From Escherichia coli (GTDB lineage: Bacteria > Pseudomonadota > Gammaproteobacteria > Enterobacterales > Enterobacteriaceae): a stretch of 64,000 nt of DNA. The notes beneath the pieces were generated by a model. It worked only from the letters and a program-made list of their open reading frames with translations, was not told the DNA's origin and did not search any database. Position numbers and translations under genes: made by a program. The stretch is from NCBI RefSeq assembly GCF_016026235.1, contig NZ_CP065613.1; one strand, written 5' to 3'. How positions within the stretch are numbered: position 1 is the stretch's first letter; the number at the start of each line of letters is the position of its first letter. Below are positions 13,197 through 28,506 of the stretch, piece by piece.

Positions 13197-14029
13197 TAAT
13201 GACCTACCACACGCCGACCAAAGCGACTTTGCAGAGTGTTAATTGAGAACAGCAGCAGCAGAGATGCCGCGAGGATCACCGAAGCAATCGCGCTCGCCGC
13301 CGGGTAATCAAACTCCTGCAAGCGCACAAAAATCATCAGCGACGTCACTTCCGTCTTCCAGGCGATGTTCCCGGCGATAAATATCACCGCGCCAAACTCA
13401 CCAAGACTACGGGTAAACGACAACGCCACACCCGCCACCAGCGCCGGAGAAAGTTCCGGCAGCACCACTTTGCAGAAACTCTGCCAGCGCGTTGCACCAA
13501 GCGTTTCCGCCGCTTCTTCATATTCCGGGCCTAACTCTTCCAGCACCGGCTGCACGGTACGCACCACAAACGGAATGCTGGTAAAGGCCATCGCCACCGC
13601 AATCCCAAGCCAGGTGTAGGTGACTTTGATATCAAACTTCGCCAGCCATTCACCGTAAAAACCGTTCACGGAAAAGAGCGAGGCCAGCGTTAAACCGGCG
13701 ACTGCCGTTGGCAGCGCAAAGGGTAAATCCATCAGCGCATCAAGCAGCGTGCGGCCAGGGAAGCGATAACGAGTTAAGATCCACGCCATCAGCAGACCGA
13801 AAACGCCGTTAAAAATCGATGCCACAAACGCCGACAGCAGCGTCACTTTGTAGGCTGCGACCACCTGCGGGTTGGTGATCACCTCCCAGTACTGCGCCCA
13901 GCTCATCTGGGCCAGCTGCATCACCAGCGCGGAGAGTGGCAGGAGCAAAATCAGGCAAACAAACAGCAGACTGGTGCCGAGGCTTAAGGTAAAGCCCGGC
14001 AGCACGCGTCTTGATGAAACTGCAAACAT
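13196..14029 (-). CDS. cysU: Sulfate/thiosulfate ABC transporter permease CysU (CysT)
   Basis: 277-aa [32 protein letters not shown]...; 1-bp overlaps with cysW and cysP. Confidence 0.95.
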   Translation of the reverse strand: MFAVSSRRVLPGFTLSLGTSLLFVCLILLLPLSALVMQLAQMSWAQYWEVITNPQVVAAYKVTLLSAFVASIFNGVFGLLMAWILTRYRFPGRTLLDALMDLPFALPTAVAGLTLASLFSVNGFYGEWLAKFDIKVTYTWLGIAVAMAFTSIPFVVRTVQPVLEELGPEYEEAAETLGATRWQSFCKVVLPELSPALVAGVALSFTRSLGEFGAVIFIAGNIAWKTEVTSLMIFVRLQEFDYPAASAIASVILAASLLLLFSINTLQSRFGRRVVGH

Positions 14030-15045
14030 TAATTACGCCCCGCCGCTAACAGCTTGTCTAACTCGCCGCCGCTGGTGAAGTGGGTTTTCATCACTTCCGG
14101 CCAGGAGCCAAATTTGTCTTCCACGCGGAACAGCTCGGTCTGCGGGAATTTGTTTTTCAGTTTGTCCATGACTTCCGGGTTATTTACGCGGTAGTAATAG
14201 TCGGTGATGATGGTCTGCGCCTGCGGGCTGTAGAGCCAGTTCAGGTAGGCTTTTGCTGCTTTTTCCGTACCGTTGGCCTGCACGTTTTTATCGACCCACG
14301 CCACCGGGAATTCCGCCAGAATGTTGGTTTTCGGAATCACCACTTCAAAGCCCTGCGCTTCATACTGTTTGCGGATGTTGTTCACTTCCGACTCGAAGCT
14401 GATCAGCACATCGCCCAGGCCGCGCTCGGCAAAAGTGGTGGTCGCGCCACGACCGCCAGTATCGAACACTTCAACGTTTTTCAGGAACTGGGTCATAAAC
14501 TGTTCGGTTTTGGCTTTGTCGCCACCGTCAGCTTTATCCGCTGCGCCCCATGCCGCCAGATAGGTATAACGCGCGTTACCCGACGTTTTCGGGTTCGGGA
14601 AAATCAGCTTCACGTCGGAGCGCACCAGGTCGTTCCAGTCGTGGATATTCTTCGGGTTGCCCTTACGCACCAGGAAGCCCATGGTGGAGTAGAACGGCGA
14701 GCTATTATTCGGCAGGCGCGACTGCCAGTCCGCCGGGATAAGCTTGCCTTTATCGTGCAGAATTTGTACGTCGGTCACCTGGTTATAAGTGACAACGTCG
14801 GCTTTTAAGCCCTGCAAAATTGCCAGCGCCTGTTTTGATGACCCGGCATGAGATTGTTTTATCGTCAGTTTGTCGCCGCCGTTATCTTTGGCCCATTGCT
14901 GTTCAAACGGCGGGTTCAGGGCGGCAAACAGCTCGCGGGAGACGTCATAAGAACTGTTCAGCAGTTCCGTTGCCTGTACATGGCCCGCCAGCAGCAGAGA
15001 AGCGACCAGCGCGAGTGAGTTCTTTTTCAGTAAGTTAACGGCCAT
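14029..15045 (-). CDS. cysP: Thiosulfate-binding periplasmic protein CysP
   Basis: 338-aa [43 protein letters not shown]... Confidence 0.95.
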   Translation of the reverse strand: MAVNLLKKNSLALVASLLLAGHVQATELLNSSYDVSRELFAALNPPFEQQWAKDNGGDKLTIKQSHAGSSKQALAILQGLKADVVTYNQVTDVQILHDKGKLIPADWQSRLPNNSSPFYSTMGFLVRKGNPKNIHDWNDLVRSDVKLIFPNPKTSGNARYTYLAAWGAADKADGGDKAKTEQFMTQFLKNVEVFDTGGRGATTTFAERGLGDVLISFESEVNNIRKQYEAQGFEVVIPKTNILAEFPVAWVDKNVQANGTEKAAKAYLNWLYSPQAQTIITDYYYRVNNPEVMDKLKNKFPQTELFRVEDKFGSWPEVMKTHFTSGGELDKLLAAGRN

Positions 15046-15202
15046 TGCGCACCCTTATAAATTTAATGACTTTCTAATAGCCATCATATTTATAACGGAC
15101 GTGAAAGGAGTAACGGTTTTATATACCGTTTGGTGATTTGGAAGTTGAAAAGGGAATAAGACGAAATCCTCCCCACACATGCAGGGAGGAAACAGAGGTG
15201 AA
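15046..15202 (-). promoter_or_regulatory. cysPUWAM operon promoter region (CysB-dependent in K-12)
   Basis: 157-bp non-coding segment immediately upstream of cysP on the minus strand; positional. Confidence 0.35.
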
Positions 15203-15994
15203 TCAGATACCGACGCTGACCGTCTCCGGCAGTGTGCTGCCGCCATCAATCACATTCTGTGTACCGGTTAAATAGCTGGATTCATCCGATGCGAGGAAGG
15301 CCGCCAGTTCGCCGACTTCCAGCGGATCGGCGAGGCGACGCAGCGGGATTGCTTTTGCCATTTCAGTCAGCACCGACTCTGGATCTTCCGGGTTCGACTG
15401 GCGGGCAATGCTTTCCGCCATTGGCGTGCGGACGTATCCCGGGCAGATGGCGTTAACGCGAATACCAGACTGCGCGTACTCTACCGCCAGCGATTTAGTC
15501 AGGCCAATAATCGCCGCTTTCGTTAAGGCGTACGCCGTTTCACCCGGATCGGCCACCATATCGCCAGTGACCGAAGACATCATCACAATGCGACCATCTT
15601 TGCGGGCAATCATCTCCGGCAGCACCGCCTTCGTGACGTTCCATACGCCTTTAATATTGATATCAATATGGAAATCGCGATCGTCATCGCTCATATCGAG
15701 GAAACTGCCCAGACGACAAACGCCTGCGTTATTCACCAGGATATCAATGCGCCCTTCTTTTTCCTTCGCGCGTTTGATAGCTGCGGCTACCGACGCCGGG
15801 TCACGCACATCGGCGACAACCGCCGTACAGCGATGACCACGACCACACAGTTCGTCCGCCAGCTTTTCGATCTCAGGGGAGATATCCAGCAAGATTAGGT
15901 TTGCGCCATGACGCGCAAAAGTTCTGGCAACTCCTTCGCCAATTCCCTGCAATGCGCCCGTAATCAGTGCTGTCTTGCCCGTGAGTTTACCCAT
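15203..15994 (-). CDS. ucpA: Short-chain dehydrogenase/reductase UcpA
   Basis: ORF 15203..16060; start taken at MGKLTGKTALITGALQGIGEG (Rossmann motif), 263 aa; YxxxK catalytic motif YALTKAA. Confidence 0.92.
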   Translation of the reverse strand: MGKLTGKTALITGALQGIGEGVARTFARHGANLILLDISPEIEKLADELCGRGHRCTAVVADVRDPASVAAAIKRAKEKEGRIDILVNNAGVCRLGSFLDMSDDDRDFHIDINIKGVWNVTKAVLPEMIARKDGRIVMMSSVTGDMVADPGETAYALTKAAIIGLTKSLAVEYAQSGIRVNAICPGYVRTPMAESIARQSNPEDPESVLTEMAKAIPLRRLADPLEVGELAAFLASDESSYLTGTQNVIDGGSTLPETVSVGI

Positions 15995-16122
15995 TTTAAA
16001 GCTCTCCTTGTTAATACAGAGCGTTACACTCCATTCCCTCTGAAAATACAGGATAAACAAAATATTGCTGCGGATCAGCTCACTAATTCAGGAAAATCTC
16101 AATCCAGTCGCTGCTTTATGCA

Positions 16123-16980
16123 TCATTTCAGGCGTTGTGTTAGCTCACTGCTGCGCTGAATCATTTTCAATGACTCCACATCATTGAGTTGCACAAGACC
16201 AACAAACAGTAAATCGGTAACAGAATTTTGCGCCGTGCGGGTAGACATCGACGAGCTACGCCATTCGGTTTCACCGGAAACGGTATCGAGCGTGAAATGC
16301 GCCAGCCGCCGCAGCGGAGAGTCAGCCAGAGAAGTAATGGCAATCACCGTTGCCCCCTGCTTTCGTGCCGCTTCTGCGCACAAGACAATCTCTTTTTTAC
16401 TGCCGCTGTAAGAGATAGCGATTTGTACATCGCCTTTTTTCAACGCCTGGGAAACGGTGGCTTGTACGTGCGTGTCGGCTTCGCAGGCCACGCGATAGCC
16501 AATTTTCATCAGTTTGAACGACAGATCGCGCCCCACCAGCGCCGATCCGCCCAGGCCCGTTATCTGGATAAACGGTGCTTTACTGATGACCTCAATGATT
16601 TTTTGCAGCCGCGCGTAGTCGAACAACGCACAGGTTTGCTCCAGCGCCAGCTCTTTTTCGCGATTCAATTTGCGGGCAATCACTTCCAGCGAATCATCAC
16701 TGGTAATCGAACTGTGCAGGTGCAGCGCCGTGGCATTCGTTTTCTCCCGGCTGGCACTGTATTCGCCAATTAACGCCATACGCAATTCAGTAAATCCTTG
16801 CGCGCCGAGCTTCTGGGCAAATTTCACAATACTCGACTGGCTGATGCCGAGCTGTTTCGCCATCTTGCGCGAAGAGACGGATTTCAGCTCACTCACGTTG
16901 GCCCGCAGAAAGTCAGCAATTTTTTGCTCGTTCTCGGTAAATTCACTTTCCGCATTGCGTATTTTCGTCAGGTACAACAT
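16123..16980 (-). CDS. murR: HTH-type transcriptional repressor MurR (RpiR family)
   Basis: ORF 16123..17235; start taken at [25 protein letters not shown] (285 aa). Confidence 0.9.
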   Translation of the reverse strand: MLYLTKIRNAESEFTENEQKIADFLRANVSELKSVSSRKMAKQLGISQSSIVKFAQKLGAQGFTELRMALIGEYSASREKTNATALHLHSSITSDDSLEVIARKLNREKELALEQTCALFDYARLQKIIEVISKAPFIQITGLGGSALVGRDLSFKLMKIGYRVACEADTHVQATVSQALKKGDVQIAISYSGSKKEIVLCAEAARKQGATVIAITSLADSPLRRLAHFTLDTVSGETEWRSSSMSTRTAQNSVTDLLFVGLVQLNDVESLKMIQRSSELTQRLK

Positions 16981-17143
16981 CTTCCACTCTCCTGGGCTGG
17001 CAGCAAAAATTCCGCTTAAGTTCTTATGACGCTCTTCACACTCTGCGAGTGTAGACTCAATGATTCCTTTAAGTCTGTCAATTCGGGATATATGATTCCA
17101 TACATCTGCAATTATTTGATCGTAAATAGTAAGGTCACCACCG
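16981..17143. promoter_or_regulatory. murR / murQP divergent promoter-operator region
   Basis: 163-bp intergenic between divergent murR and murQ; positional call. Confidence 0.35.
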
Positions 17144-18040
17144 ATGCAACTTGAAAAGATGATTACCGAAGGCTCGAACGCCGCCTCGGCTGAAATTGAC
17201 CGCGTATCAACGCTGGAAATGTGCCGGATTATCAACGATGAAGATAAAACCGTACCGCTTGCCGTTGAGCGCGTACTGCCGGATATCGCCGCGGCGATCG
17301 ATGTTATCCACGCCCAGGTAAGCGGCGGCGGTCGTCTGATTTATCTCGGTGCGGGAACATCCGGTCGTCTGGGGATTCTGGATGCCAGCGAATGTCCGCC
17401 CACCTACGGCGTGAAACCGGGTTTGGTGGTTGGTTTGATTGCTGGCGGCGAATATGCCATTCAGCACGCGGTGGAAGGCGCGGAAGATAGCCGGGAAGGT
17501 GGTATTAACAATCTGAAAAATATTAATTTAACGGCACAGGATGTGGTGGTTGGTATTGCGGCCAGCGGACGCACGCCGTATGTGATTGCCGGACTGGAAT
17601 ACGCACGCCAGCTCGGCTGCCGCACAGTGGGAATTTCCTGTAATCCCGGGAGCGCTGTTTCAACTACCGCAGAGTTTGCCATTACGCCGGTAGTTGGGGC
17701 CGAAGTGGTCACTGGTTCTTCGCGAATGAAAGCAGGTACGGCGCAGAAACTGGTGCTCAACATGCTTTCCACCGGGCTGATGATTAAATCCGGCAAAGTG
17801 TTCGGCAACCTGATGGTCGATGTGGTCGCCACCAACGAAAAACTGCATGTGCGCCAGGTCAATATCGTTAAAAACGCCACCGGATGTAATGCCGAACAAG
17901 CGGAAGCAGCGTTAATTGCCTGCGAGCGCAACTGTAAAACGGCCATTGTGATGGTGCTGAAAAATCTCGATGCCGCAGAAGCTAAAAAACGCCTGGATCA
18001 ACACGGCGGCTTTATTCGTCAGGTTTTAGACAAGGAATAA
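17144..18040 (+). CDS. murQ: N-acetylmuramic acid 6-phosphate etherase
   Basis: 298-aa [37 protein letters not shown]... Confidence 0.95.
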   Translation: MQLEKMITEGSNAASAEIDRVSTLEMCRIINDEDKTVPLAVERVLPDIAAAIDVIHAQVSGGGRLIYLGAGTSGRLGILDASECPPTYGVKPGLVVGLIAGGEYAIQHAVEGAEDSREGGINNLKNINLTAQDVVVGIAASGRTPYVIAGLEYARQLGCRTVGISCNPGSAVSTTAEFAITPVVGAEVVTGSSRMKAGTAQKLVLNMLSTGLMIKSGKVFGNLMVDVVATNEKLHVRQVNIVKNATGCNAEQAEAALIACERNCKTAIVMVLKNLDAAEAKKRLDQHGGFIRQVLDKE

Positions 18041-18043
18041 CCC

Positions 18044-19468
<1,425 letters not shown>

Positions 19469-19472
19469 TATT

Positions 19473-20777
19473 ATGAAACGGACAATGCTCTATCTTTCTC
19501 TGCTGGCTGTTAGTTGTAGCGTCAGCGCCGCAAAATACCCTGTTCTGACAGAAAGTTCGCCAGAGAAAGCAGGGTTCAACGTCGAACGGCTTAACCAGAT
19601 GGATCGCTGGATTAGCCAGCAAGTGGACGCCGGTTATCCCGGCGTAAACCTGCTGATTATAAAAGATAATCAGATTGTGTATCGCAAAGCCTGGGGAGCG
19701 GCGAAAAAGTACGATGGCAGCGTATTGATGGAACAGCCTGTCAAAGCCACCACCGGGACGCTGTATGACCTGGCTTCCAATACCAAGATGTACGCCACTA
19801 ACTTTGCTCTGCAAAAGCTAATGAGCGAAGGCAAGCTGCATCCTGACGATCGGATTGCGAAATATATTCCGGGATTTACCGATAGTCCAAATGACACCAT
19901 CAAAGGCAAAAACACGCTGCGGATTTCTGACCTGCTGCATCACAGCGGCGGTTTCCCGGCGGACCCACAATATCCGAATAAAGCGGTCGCGGGCGCGTTA
20001 TATTCCCAGGATAAAGGCCAGACGCTGGAGATGATCAAGCGCACGCCGCTAGAGTATCAGCCCGGCAGCAAGCATATTTACAGTGATGTCGATTATATGC
20101 TGCTTGGATTTATCGTCGAGTCGGTCACCGGTCAGCCGCTTGACCGCTATGTTGAAGAGTCGATTTATCGCCCGCTCGGCCTGACACATACGGTATTTAA
20201 CCCGCTGCTGAAAGGCTTTAAACCGCAACAAATTGCCGCCACGGAATTGAACGGCAATACCCGCGATGGAGTGATCCACTTCCCGAATATCCGCACCTCC
20301 ACTCTCTGGGGTCAGGTGCACGATGAAAAAGCTTTTTATTCGATGGGCGGCGTTTCCGGGCACGCAGGTTTGTTTTCCAATACCGGCGATATTGCGGTGT
20401 TAATGCAAACGATGCTGAACGGCGGGGGCTATGGCGATGTGCAGCTGTTCAGTGCGGAAACGGTGAAGATGTTCATCACCAGCTCTAAGGAAGATGCCAC
20501 TTTTGGCCTCGGCTGGCGCGTGAATGGTAATGCCACCATGACGCCGACGTTTGGCACGCTGGCAAGCCCGCAAACCTACGGTCACACTGGCTGGACCGGA
20601 ACGGTGACCGTTATCGATCCGGTGAATCATATGGCGATTGTGATGTTAAGCAACAAGCCACATTCGCCGGTTGCCGATCCGCAAAAGAATCCCAATATGT
20701 TCGAAAGCGGTCAGCTGCCGATTGCAACGTATGGTTGGGTAGTTGATCAGGTGTATGCGGCGTTAAAGCAAAAGTAA
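19473..20777 (+). CDS. yfeW: Penicillin-binding protein 4B (beta-lactamase-fold)
   Basis: ORF 19440..20777; start taken at MKRTMLYLSLLAVSCSVSAA; SxxK motif in LASNTKMY. Confidence 0.9.
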   Translation: MKRTMLYLSLLAVSCSVSAAKYPVLTESSPEKAGFNVERLNQMDRWISQQVDAGYPGVNLLIIKDNQIVYRKAWGAAKKYDGSVLMEQPVKATTGTLYDLASNTKMYATNFALQKLMSEGKLHPDDRIAKYIPGFTDSPNDTIKGKNTLRISDLLHHSGGFPADPQYPNKAVAGALYSQDKGQTLEMIKRTPLEYQPGSKHIYSDVDYMLLGFIVESVTGQPLDRYVEESIYRPLGLTHTVFNPLLKGFKPQQIAATELNGNTRDGVIHFPNIRTSTLWGQVHDEKAFYSMGGVSGHAGLFSNTGDIAVLMQTMLNGGGYGDVQLFSAETVKMFITSSKEDATFGLGWRVNGNATMTPTFGTLASPQTYGHTGWTGTVTVIDPVNHMAIVMLSNKPHSPVADPQKNPNMFESGQLPIATYGWVVDQVYAALKQK

Positions 20778-20778
20778 T

Positions 20779-20814
20779 AAAAAGGCCAGTCAGTAATGTT
20801 ACTGCCTGGCCTTT
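20779..20814. terminator. Bidirectional rho-independent terminator between convergent yfeW and yfeX
   Basis: 13-bp stem ggccagtcagtaa / ttactgcctggcc (1 mismatch) with 2-nt loop, A-run 5' and T-run 3'. Confidence 0.7.
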
Positions 20815-20834
20815 AATCAATGAATCAGAAACGC

Positions 20835-21818
<984 letters not shown>

Positions 21819-21829
21819 TCAGACGCAAA

Positions 21830-22405
21830 TTAACGCCGCCAGATAATTTTACTGACTTTCCAGTTTTTCAGGGTATCGTCCGAAGGCATTAACCCTTCAG
21901 GACCACTCCATTCCCCGCTGAACTGGTAGCTAATATGTTGACTGCCTTCGGCTTTACATTCGACGGCACGATTATCATCACCATCAGCTTTTTGGCAATT
22001 GCCAAATGCTTTGCTGTAAAGGTCGCTAAACGGTGTACCGATTTTAACACCGGTGTCAGCAGGAATATCGCTATCCAGCACGTCAATGCGACTGATCGTG
22101 CCTTGATCGCCGTTAATCACCATCGCTACGTTGTCGCCCTTCATCACTTCAAAAAAGCGCACCACGTTGCCGTTCGCGGTTTTCATTCCGCTGCGCAGGC
22201 GATAATCGCCATCAAGCGCATCGGCAATGGCTTGTTCTTGCAGTGGTGTGGACGCCGTTAATTCACCAACGCCCTGCTCGCTCACTTTGGTGGACGACCC
22301 AAACCAGTTCCACGGGTTAGCGGCAGACCAGTTAACTGACGACATCGTGGAACAGCCGGTCAGCATCAATGGCATAGCGCATAACATTAAACGCAGCGAT
22401 TTCAT
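21830..22405 (-). CDS. yfeY: Lipoprotein YfeY
   Basis: 191-aa ORF MKSLRLMLCAMPLMLTGCSTMSSVNW... with lipobox LTGC. Confidence 0.9.
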   Translation of the reverse strand: MKSLRLMLCAMPLMLTGCSTMSSVNWSAANPWNWFGSSTKVSEQGVGELTASTPLQEQAIADALDGDYRLRSGMKTANGNVVRFFEVMKGDNVAMVINGDQGTISRIDVLDSDIPADTGVKIGTPFSDLYSKAFGNCQKADGDDNRAVECKAEGSQHISYQFSGEWSGPEGLMPSDDTLKNWKVSKIIWRR

Positions 22406-22465
22406 GTCACTTCCTTTGGTTATTCAATAACGTTGCTTGGAGTGCAAATTCACCAAAAAGTGCCG

Positions 22466-22915
22466 TTATTCTTTTACTTCATTAAAACAAGCGCGTAAAC
22501 GTCGATTGGTCAGCAGCCAGATTAACGCCACAATATCCGCCACTACCAGCGCCAGACCGAAACCGCTAACGGATTCACCGTTCAGCCACAGCCACGGTTG
22601 CCAGCAAAGTAAAACCACCTGCGCCAACAGCAACAGAAAATAGAGTACACGCCAGGTGCGAGGAAACGTAGCCCGCCGACCGCTCAACAAAAACGCCAGC
22701 ACCGCCGGAATGCCAGGAATCAGCCCCAGCCAGAAATTATCGTGATCGGGATAAAACAGATTTAGCAGCGCAGTACCCTGCTCACGCGACGCACCGGCAA
22801 TGACAAACAGCACCCAGGTTCGCGCCTGAAGCAATAGCACAAGCCAGAAGAGCAAGGGTAAACGCAGGCGACCGTGCGCATCATAATGGACAGGATGAAA
22901 CTCAGTACTCTTCAT
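22466..22915 (-). CDS. yfeZ: Inner membrane protein YfeZ
   Basis: ORF 22466..22921; [30 protein letters not shown]..., multi-TM. Confidence 0.88.
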
Positions 22916-23327
22916 CTTCAATCAAACGCTTACCCAGACTCAGCACGTCAGCGTGTTCATATCCCAGGCGTTCATACATTCCGAGCACCATGTCGTTATC
23001 TTCCGGCACATTGATCTGAATTTTCGGGCAGCCGCGAGCAATCAGCTTTTTCTCCAACCGATTAAGCAACGCATTGGCAATCCCACGCCCACGAAACTCT
23101 GGATGCACGCCAAGATAATAAGCAGACCCGCGATGCCCGTCATAACCGCCCATCACCGTTCCGACCACTTCACCGTTTACCTCAGCGACCAGAAACAAAC
23201 TGACGTCATGGTTCATCTTACGCTCGATGTCCATTTCCGGATCGTTCCACGGACGCAGCAAGTCGCAACGCTCCCAAAGGGTGATGACCTCTTCGAAATC
23301 TTCCTGGCGAAATACGCGTATCTCCAT
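22902..23327 (-). CDS. ypeA: GNAT-family N-acetyltransferase YpeA
   Basis: ORF 22902..23438; start taken at [29 protein letters not shown] (141 aa). Confidence 0.9.
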
Positions 23328-23540
23328 GGTATTCGTTACCTTTTTGCGGGTTAAAAGGCTGATTATGGCGTGAACGGTCGAATTAGCCAATATCTGACGA
23401 AAATCGGTTGAAAAAGTGGCATAATGGGGAGTTGTCAACTATTGAAATGAAAAGTAAAACAATTCTCAACAGCAAACGGTCGTAACGGATTACGCGATAC
23501 GATATAACATCTGGAACTTTATTATTACAACTCAGGCCGT

Positions 23541-24410
23541 ATGAGCACTTTTAAACCACTAAAAACACTCATTTCGCGCCGCCAGGTGCTGAAAGCCGGT
23601 TTGGCTGCCCTGACGTTGTCAGGAATGTCGCAAGCCATCGCCAAAGACGAACCTTTAAAAACCAGCAACGGACACAGCAAGCCGAAAGCTAAAAAATCTG
23701 GCGGCAAACGTGTCGTTGTTCTCGATCCAGGCCACGGCGGGATTGATACCGGAGCGATCGGGCGCAACGGTTCGAAAGAAAAACATGTGGTGCTGGCGAT
23801 TGCTAAAAACGTCCGTTCCATTTTGCGTAATCATGGGATTGATGCGCGTTTAACGCGTTCTGGCGATACGTTTATCCCACTTTACGATCGCGTTGAAATC
23901 GCCCATAAACATGGCGCAGATCTGTTTATGTCAATTCATGCCGATGGCTTTACCAACCCGAAAGCTGCCGGTGCTTCGGTATTTGCCCTCTCTAACCGTG
24001 GGGCAAGTAGCGCAATGGCGAAATACCTATCTGAACGCGAAAACCGCGCCGATGAAGTTGCCGGTAAAAAGGCGACTGACAAGGATCACCTATTGCAGCA
24101 AGTGCTGTTTGATCTGGTGCAAACCGATACTATTAAAAACAGCCTGACGCTTGGCTCGCATATTCTGAAGAAGATTAAGCCGGTGCATAAACTGCACAGC
24201 CGCAACACCGAACAAGCCGCGTTTGTGGTGTTGAAATCGCCGTCGGTTCCTTCGGTGCTGGTGGAAACCTCGTTTATCACCAACCCGGAAGAAGAGCGGC
24301 TGTTAGGCACGGCGGCGTTTCGTCAGAAAATCGCCACAGCGATTGCTGAAGGCGTGATCAGTTATTTCCACTGGTTCGACAACCAGAAAGCACATTCGAA
24401 AAAGCGATAA
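23541..24410 (+). CDS. amiA: N-acetylmuramoyl-L-alanine amidase AmiA (Tat-secreted)
   Basis: 289-aa ORF MSTFKPLKTLISRRQVLKAGLAALTLSGMSQAIA... with twin-arginine-like signal. Confidence 0.95.
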   Translation: MSTFKPLKTLISRRQVLKAGLAALTLSGMSQAIAKDEPLKTSNGHSKPKAKKSGGKRVVVLDPGHGGIDTGAIGRNGSKEKHVVLAIAKNVRSILRNHGIDARLTRSGDTFIPLYDRVEIAHKHGADLFMSIHADGFTNPKAAGASVFALSNRGASSAMAKYLSERENRADEVAGKKATDKDHLLQQVLFDLVQTDTIKNSLTLGSHILKKIKPVHKLHSRNTEQAAFVVLKSPSVPSVLVETSFITNPEEERLLGTAAFRQKIATAIAEGVISYFHWFDNQKAHSKKR

Positions 24411-25313
<903 letters not shown>

Positions 25314-25318
25314 CTCCC

Positions 25319-26371
25319 TCACCCCCATTCCCGCATCCGCTGATGCAACGTCAACGACGGCTTCTCGGCAAACAGCTGCTGGTAATCCGTGGCAAATTGC
25401 CCCAGATGCCAGAATCCCCACTGCATGGCGGCGTCTTTTACCGTTGTGCTTTGCGACCACGGGCTTATCAGTTCGCGGCGTACGGCGTTCAGGCGAATGC
25501 GTTTCAGCCACGCGTTTGGGCCAATGCCTAAAATAGCGTGAAACGCGTTTTGTAGCGTGCGGCGGCTGACATGCAGTTGATTACACAAATCCAGCACCGT
25601 CACCGGTTCGGACATGTTTTCCAGCACATATTCACGGGCGCGGGAAAGCAACCGACGGTAACTCTGATGACTGATGCTTTCCGCCGTCACCATTGGTTGC
25701 GCTTCTTCCAGCATCGCCCCCATCGCCATTAGCAAATTATCCCCCAGCACTTTTCGCACTGCAGGCTGATGAAGATTTTCCGGGTTCTCGCAAAACGTCG
25801 CCAGCGCCTGTTGGACAAAGCCCCACAGCGCGGCTTTATGCTGCTCTTTCACTTCCAGCGCCGACTGGCTACGCAACATATGTAATACCCGATCCGGATT
25901 ATGCAAAAAGTTAGCCTGACGGGTGATGACATCTTCAGAAAGCACTACGCCCAGGATCGTGTAATCGTCCGGCGTACTTAATTCAAACTCGGTTCCACCA
26001 GGGCGCGTCGCTATTTCTGCGCTTCCCAGACATTGCGAACCGATAAATCCCTGCTCACCGCGCGTCGCCGGAATGCCAAACCAGAACGAGTTCGGCCAGA
26101 CCAGACACGACTGACGCAGCGCCAGACCGGTGTATTCACGAAAAACCTGAATATCATCGAGTAGAATTTCCGTAAATTCACCATGAAACTTGCCCGGATG
26201 CAGCTGATCGTAAATCTGCTGCCAGGCGGTAATCGTTAAAGCATGTTCATAGACATCCGTTGTCTGTCGTTGATGAACATTATCCACTTCGACCTTCGGC
26301 GTGAGCTTCAGGTTTTCGGGTAAGGGTTCATGATAAAGATGGTGCAAATTGGCTGTACGGGTCTTTTTCAT
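25319..26371 (-). CDS. eutR: AraC-family transcriptional activator of the eut operon
   Basis: 350-aa [34 protein letters not shown]...; C-terminal AraC HTH. Confidence 0.95.
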   Translation of the reverse strand: MKKTRTANLHHLYHEPLPENLKLTPKVEVDNVHQRQTTDVYEHALTITAWQQIYDQLHPGKFHGEFTEILLDDIQVFREYTGLALRQSCLVWPNSFWFGIPATRGEQGFIGSQCLGSAEIATRPGGTEFELSTPDDYTILGVVLSEDVITRQANFLHNPDRVLHMLRSQSALEVKEQHKAALWGFVQQALATFCENPENLHQPAVRKVLGDNLLMAMGAMLEEAQPMVTAESISHQSYRRLLSRAREYVLENMSEPVTVLDLCNQLHVSRRTLQNAFHAILGIGPNAWLKRIRLNAVRRELISPWSQSTTVKDAAMQWGFWHLGQFATDYQQLFAEKPSLTLHQRMREWG

Positions 26372-26416
26372 GATGTTAATGCCGGGTGTTGTAGGACACC
26401 CGGCACCTCCGACAGG

Positions 26417-26917
26417 TTAATGGGGCTTGAGACGATAACGACTACTGCGTTTACGTAACGTCCCGGCAGAAAAGAGCTGTTCGAGCGCATTTCTGGCTTT
26501 TTCCAGCGGCCAGCCAAAGTGGGCAGCCACTTCTCCTGCCGTCATTCCCTGACGTACTGATGTTAACAGCGCCAACAACTCGTCAGCAGATTCCGCGACG
26601 ATAACTGGCGCGTCGGGTTCCTTTACGGGTTGCTTCGGCTGGCGGTTAAAGCCAGTAACCAGCCACTGGGTGTCATCGTCTGGCCGACCGATCTCCTTAC
26701 GGCTGATGACACGCCCGGTACGCATCGCGGCAGCACAACCTGCGTCCAGCGCAGCACGACACGCCGCCAGATCGCCTTCCACCACCAGCGTTAAGCGACC
26801 AGGGTCAAGCACTTCGTGACTGAGCAGACGAACGTTAGCTGCTTTGAGCATGGCATCCGCTGCATCTATCGCAGCGACCATGCCGTCCACTTCCAGCAAT
26901 CCCAGTGCATTGATCAT
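26417..26917 (-). CDS. eutK: Ethanolamine-utilisation microcompartment shell protein EutK
   Basis: ORF 26417..26923; MINALGLLEVDGMVAAIDAADAMLKAANV... BMC domain. Confidence 0.93.
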   Translation of the reverse strand: MINALGLLEVDGMVAAIDAADAMLKAANVRLLSHEVLDPGRLTLVVEGDLAACRAALDAGCAAAMRTGRVISRKEIGRPDDDTQWLVTGFNRQPKQPVKEPDAPVIVAESADELLALLTSVRQGMTAGEVAAHFGWPLEKARNALEQLFSAGTLRKRSSRYRLKPH

Positions 26918-26929
26918 CGGCAACCTCCA

Positions 26930-27589
26930 TTACGCACGCTGGATTGGATTACGCGCGATTTCCAGCACTGCATCGGTAAAGGCGTTACAGGCTGCTTTAC
27001 ACGCGGCCTGGCTACCGGTTAAAAATGCTGCCGAGTAGTTGGTTTCAGACGGTGGCGGGACATAGGTCACCAGCTGTACGTCGGCAGATTTCAACGCTGC
27101 ATCAATGCCGTAGGTCGCTTCCAGCGGCGGTGCCACCAGATACGCCATCGGATCGCCAAGCGTGATCCCGGCGGTTGATGAGAGATAAGAACCGGTACGC
27201 GAAACTACATGTGCCAGGAATGCCGTATCTTGCGCATCATTAGCCCACTGGAAAGCAGCGCCATTTTCAATATGCGCAACCATCGCATCCAGACCTGCAC
27301 GCACTTCCGCCGGGTTTGGCCCACCAAGCATAATCAGCACTTCACCGGCAGTCGGTGACGGGCCGTGTGCAGCGCCCGCATACAGCGAGCGGCCATACAC
27401 CACTTCCACCATCGCCTGCTTGGTCGCTTCATCAGCGGCAATGTAGGTGACGTCATCGGAGTCGGCAGAAATCAGACCGAGGCTACGAATATGCGGCGGC
27501 AATTTTAGTTCACGCGCAAAATCGGCGTTAACGGAGGCAATCACCCGCATAGCGGTGACAGACGGTCGAATCAAATCTAAAGCTGGCAT
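26930..27589 (-). CDS. eutL: Microcompartment shell protein EutL (tandem BMC domains)
   Basis: 219-aa [44 protein letters not shown]... Confidence 0.95.
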   Translation of the reverse strand: MPALDLIRPSVTAMRVIASVNADFARELKLPPHIRSLGLISADSDDVTYIAADEATKQAMVEVVYGRSLYAGAAHGPSPTAGEVLIMLGGPNPAEVRAGLDAMVAHIENGAAFQWANDAQDTAFLAHVVSRTGSYLSSTAGITLGDPMAYLVAPPLEATYGIDAALKSADVQLVTYVPPPSETNYSAAFLTGSQAACKAACNAFTDAVLEIARNPIQRA

Positions 27590-27598
27590 GATGCCTCC

Positions 27599-28486
27599 TT
27601 ATCGGGTCATGTTGATGCCGGATGCTTTCTGCTCCAGCATACGTTTCGCCAAATCCACAATGACGGCTGCGGCTTCAACCGGCGGCGTGCCGCCCTGGTG
27701 AATGTTAGAGATACAGGTGCGATCGGCCTCAACGGTGGTCGCCATACGTGGCGAGTAAACGGCGTAGCAGGAGAGGCTTTCTGACTGACCCAACCCCGGA
27801 CGTTCGCCCACCAGCAGGATCACCACTTTCGCGCCGAGGATCTCACCGATCTGATCTTCAATCTTCACGCGACCATAACGAACAAAGAATGGTGTACCGA
27901 CTTTCAGCCCGACCTGTTTCAGGCCCGCCATCAGCGGTGGCAGGATCTCTTCGTAGTTCACGGTGATCGCATCAGTTGACAGGCCATCAGAAATAACGAC
28001 CTGCACGTCCGGATTGGCAACACACTGCGCTTTCAGCGCTTCAACAGCTTCTGCACACAGGCGGCGGCCCATATCCGGGCGAGTCAGGTAGAGATTTTTG
28101 TCGCTAATTTCAGAGCGTACTTCCAGCAAGCCCTGCGCTTTCACCCACTCTTCCGGCACTTCTTTAAGTACGGTATCTTTCGAACGAGAGTGATCGGCCA
28201 GGAAACGCAGCAGCGCCTGGGTACGCGGACGCGGACCGGCACGACCGGTACAAACGCGGGCCACGGTGCTGCGGCGCAGTTCTGTTAATACGTCTGCGCG
28301 ATGTGGGTTTTCAACACCAATCCACGCTTTTGCTTCCGCAGAACCTAAATCCAGCGCGCAGCTTTCCGAGGTCACCGGTGCCGCACAGGTGGTAGTGGCG
28401 CACTTTGCTTCTGACGGCGCGGGGGCCGTTTGTCCCATTGACGCCATCACGCTGCGTACAATTTCTTCAATCTGTTTTTGATCCAT
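27599..28486 (-). CDS. eutC: Ethanolamine ammonia-lyase small subunit
   Basis: 295-aa [31 protein letters not shown]... Confidence 0.96.
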   Translation of the reverse strand: MDQKQIEEIVRSVMASMGQTAPAPSEAKCATTTCAAPVTSESCALDLGSAEAKAWIGVENPHRADVLTELRRSTVARVCTGRAGPRPRTQALLRFLADHSRSKDTVLKEVPEEWVKAQGLLEVRSEISDKNLYLTRPDMGRRLCAEAVEALKAQCVANPDVQVVISDGLSTDAITVNYEEILPPLMAGLKQVGLKVGTPFFVRYGRVKIEDQIGEILGAKVVILLVGERPGLGQSESLSCYAVYSPRMATTVEADRTCISNIHQGGTPPVEAAAVIVDLAKRMLEQKASGINMTR

Positions 28487-28506
28487 GATGTGTTATCTCC
28501 GCGTCA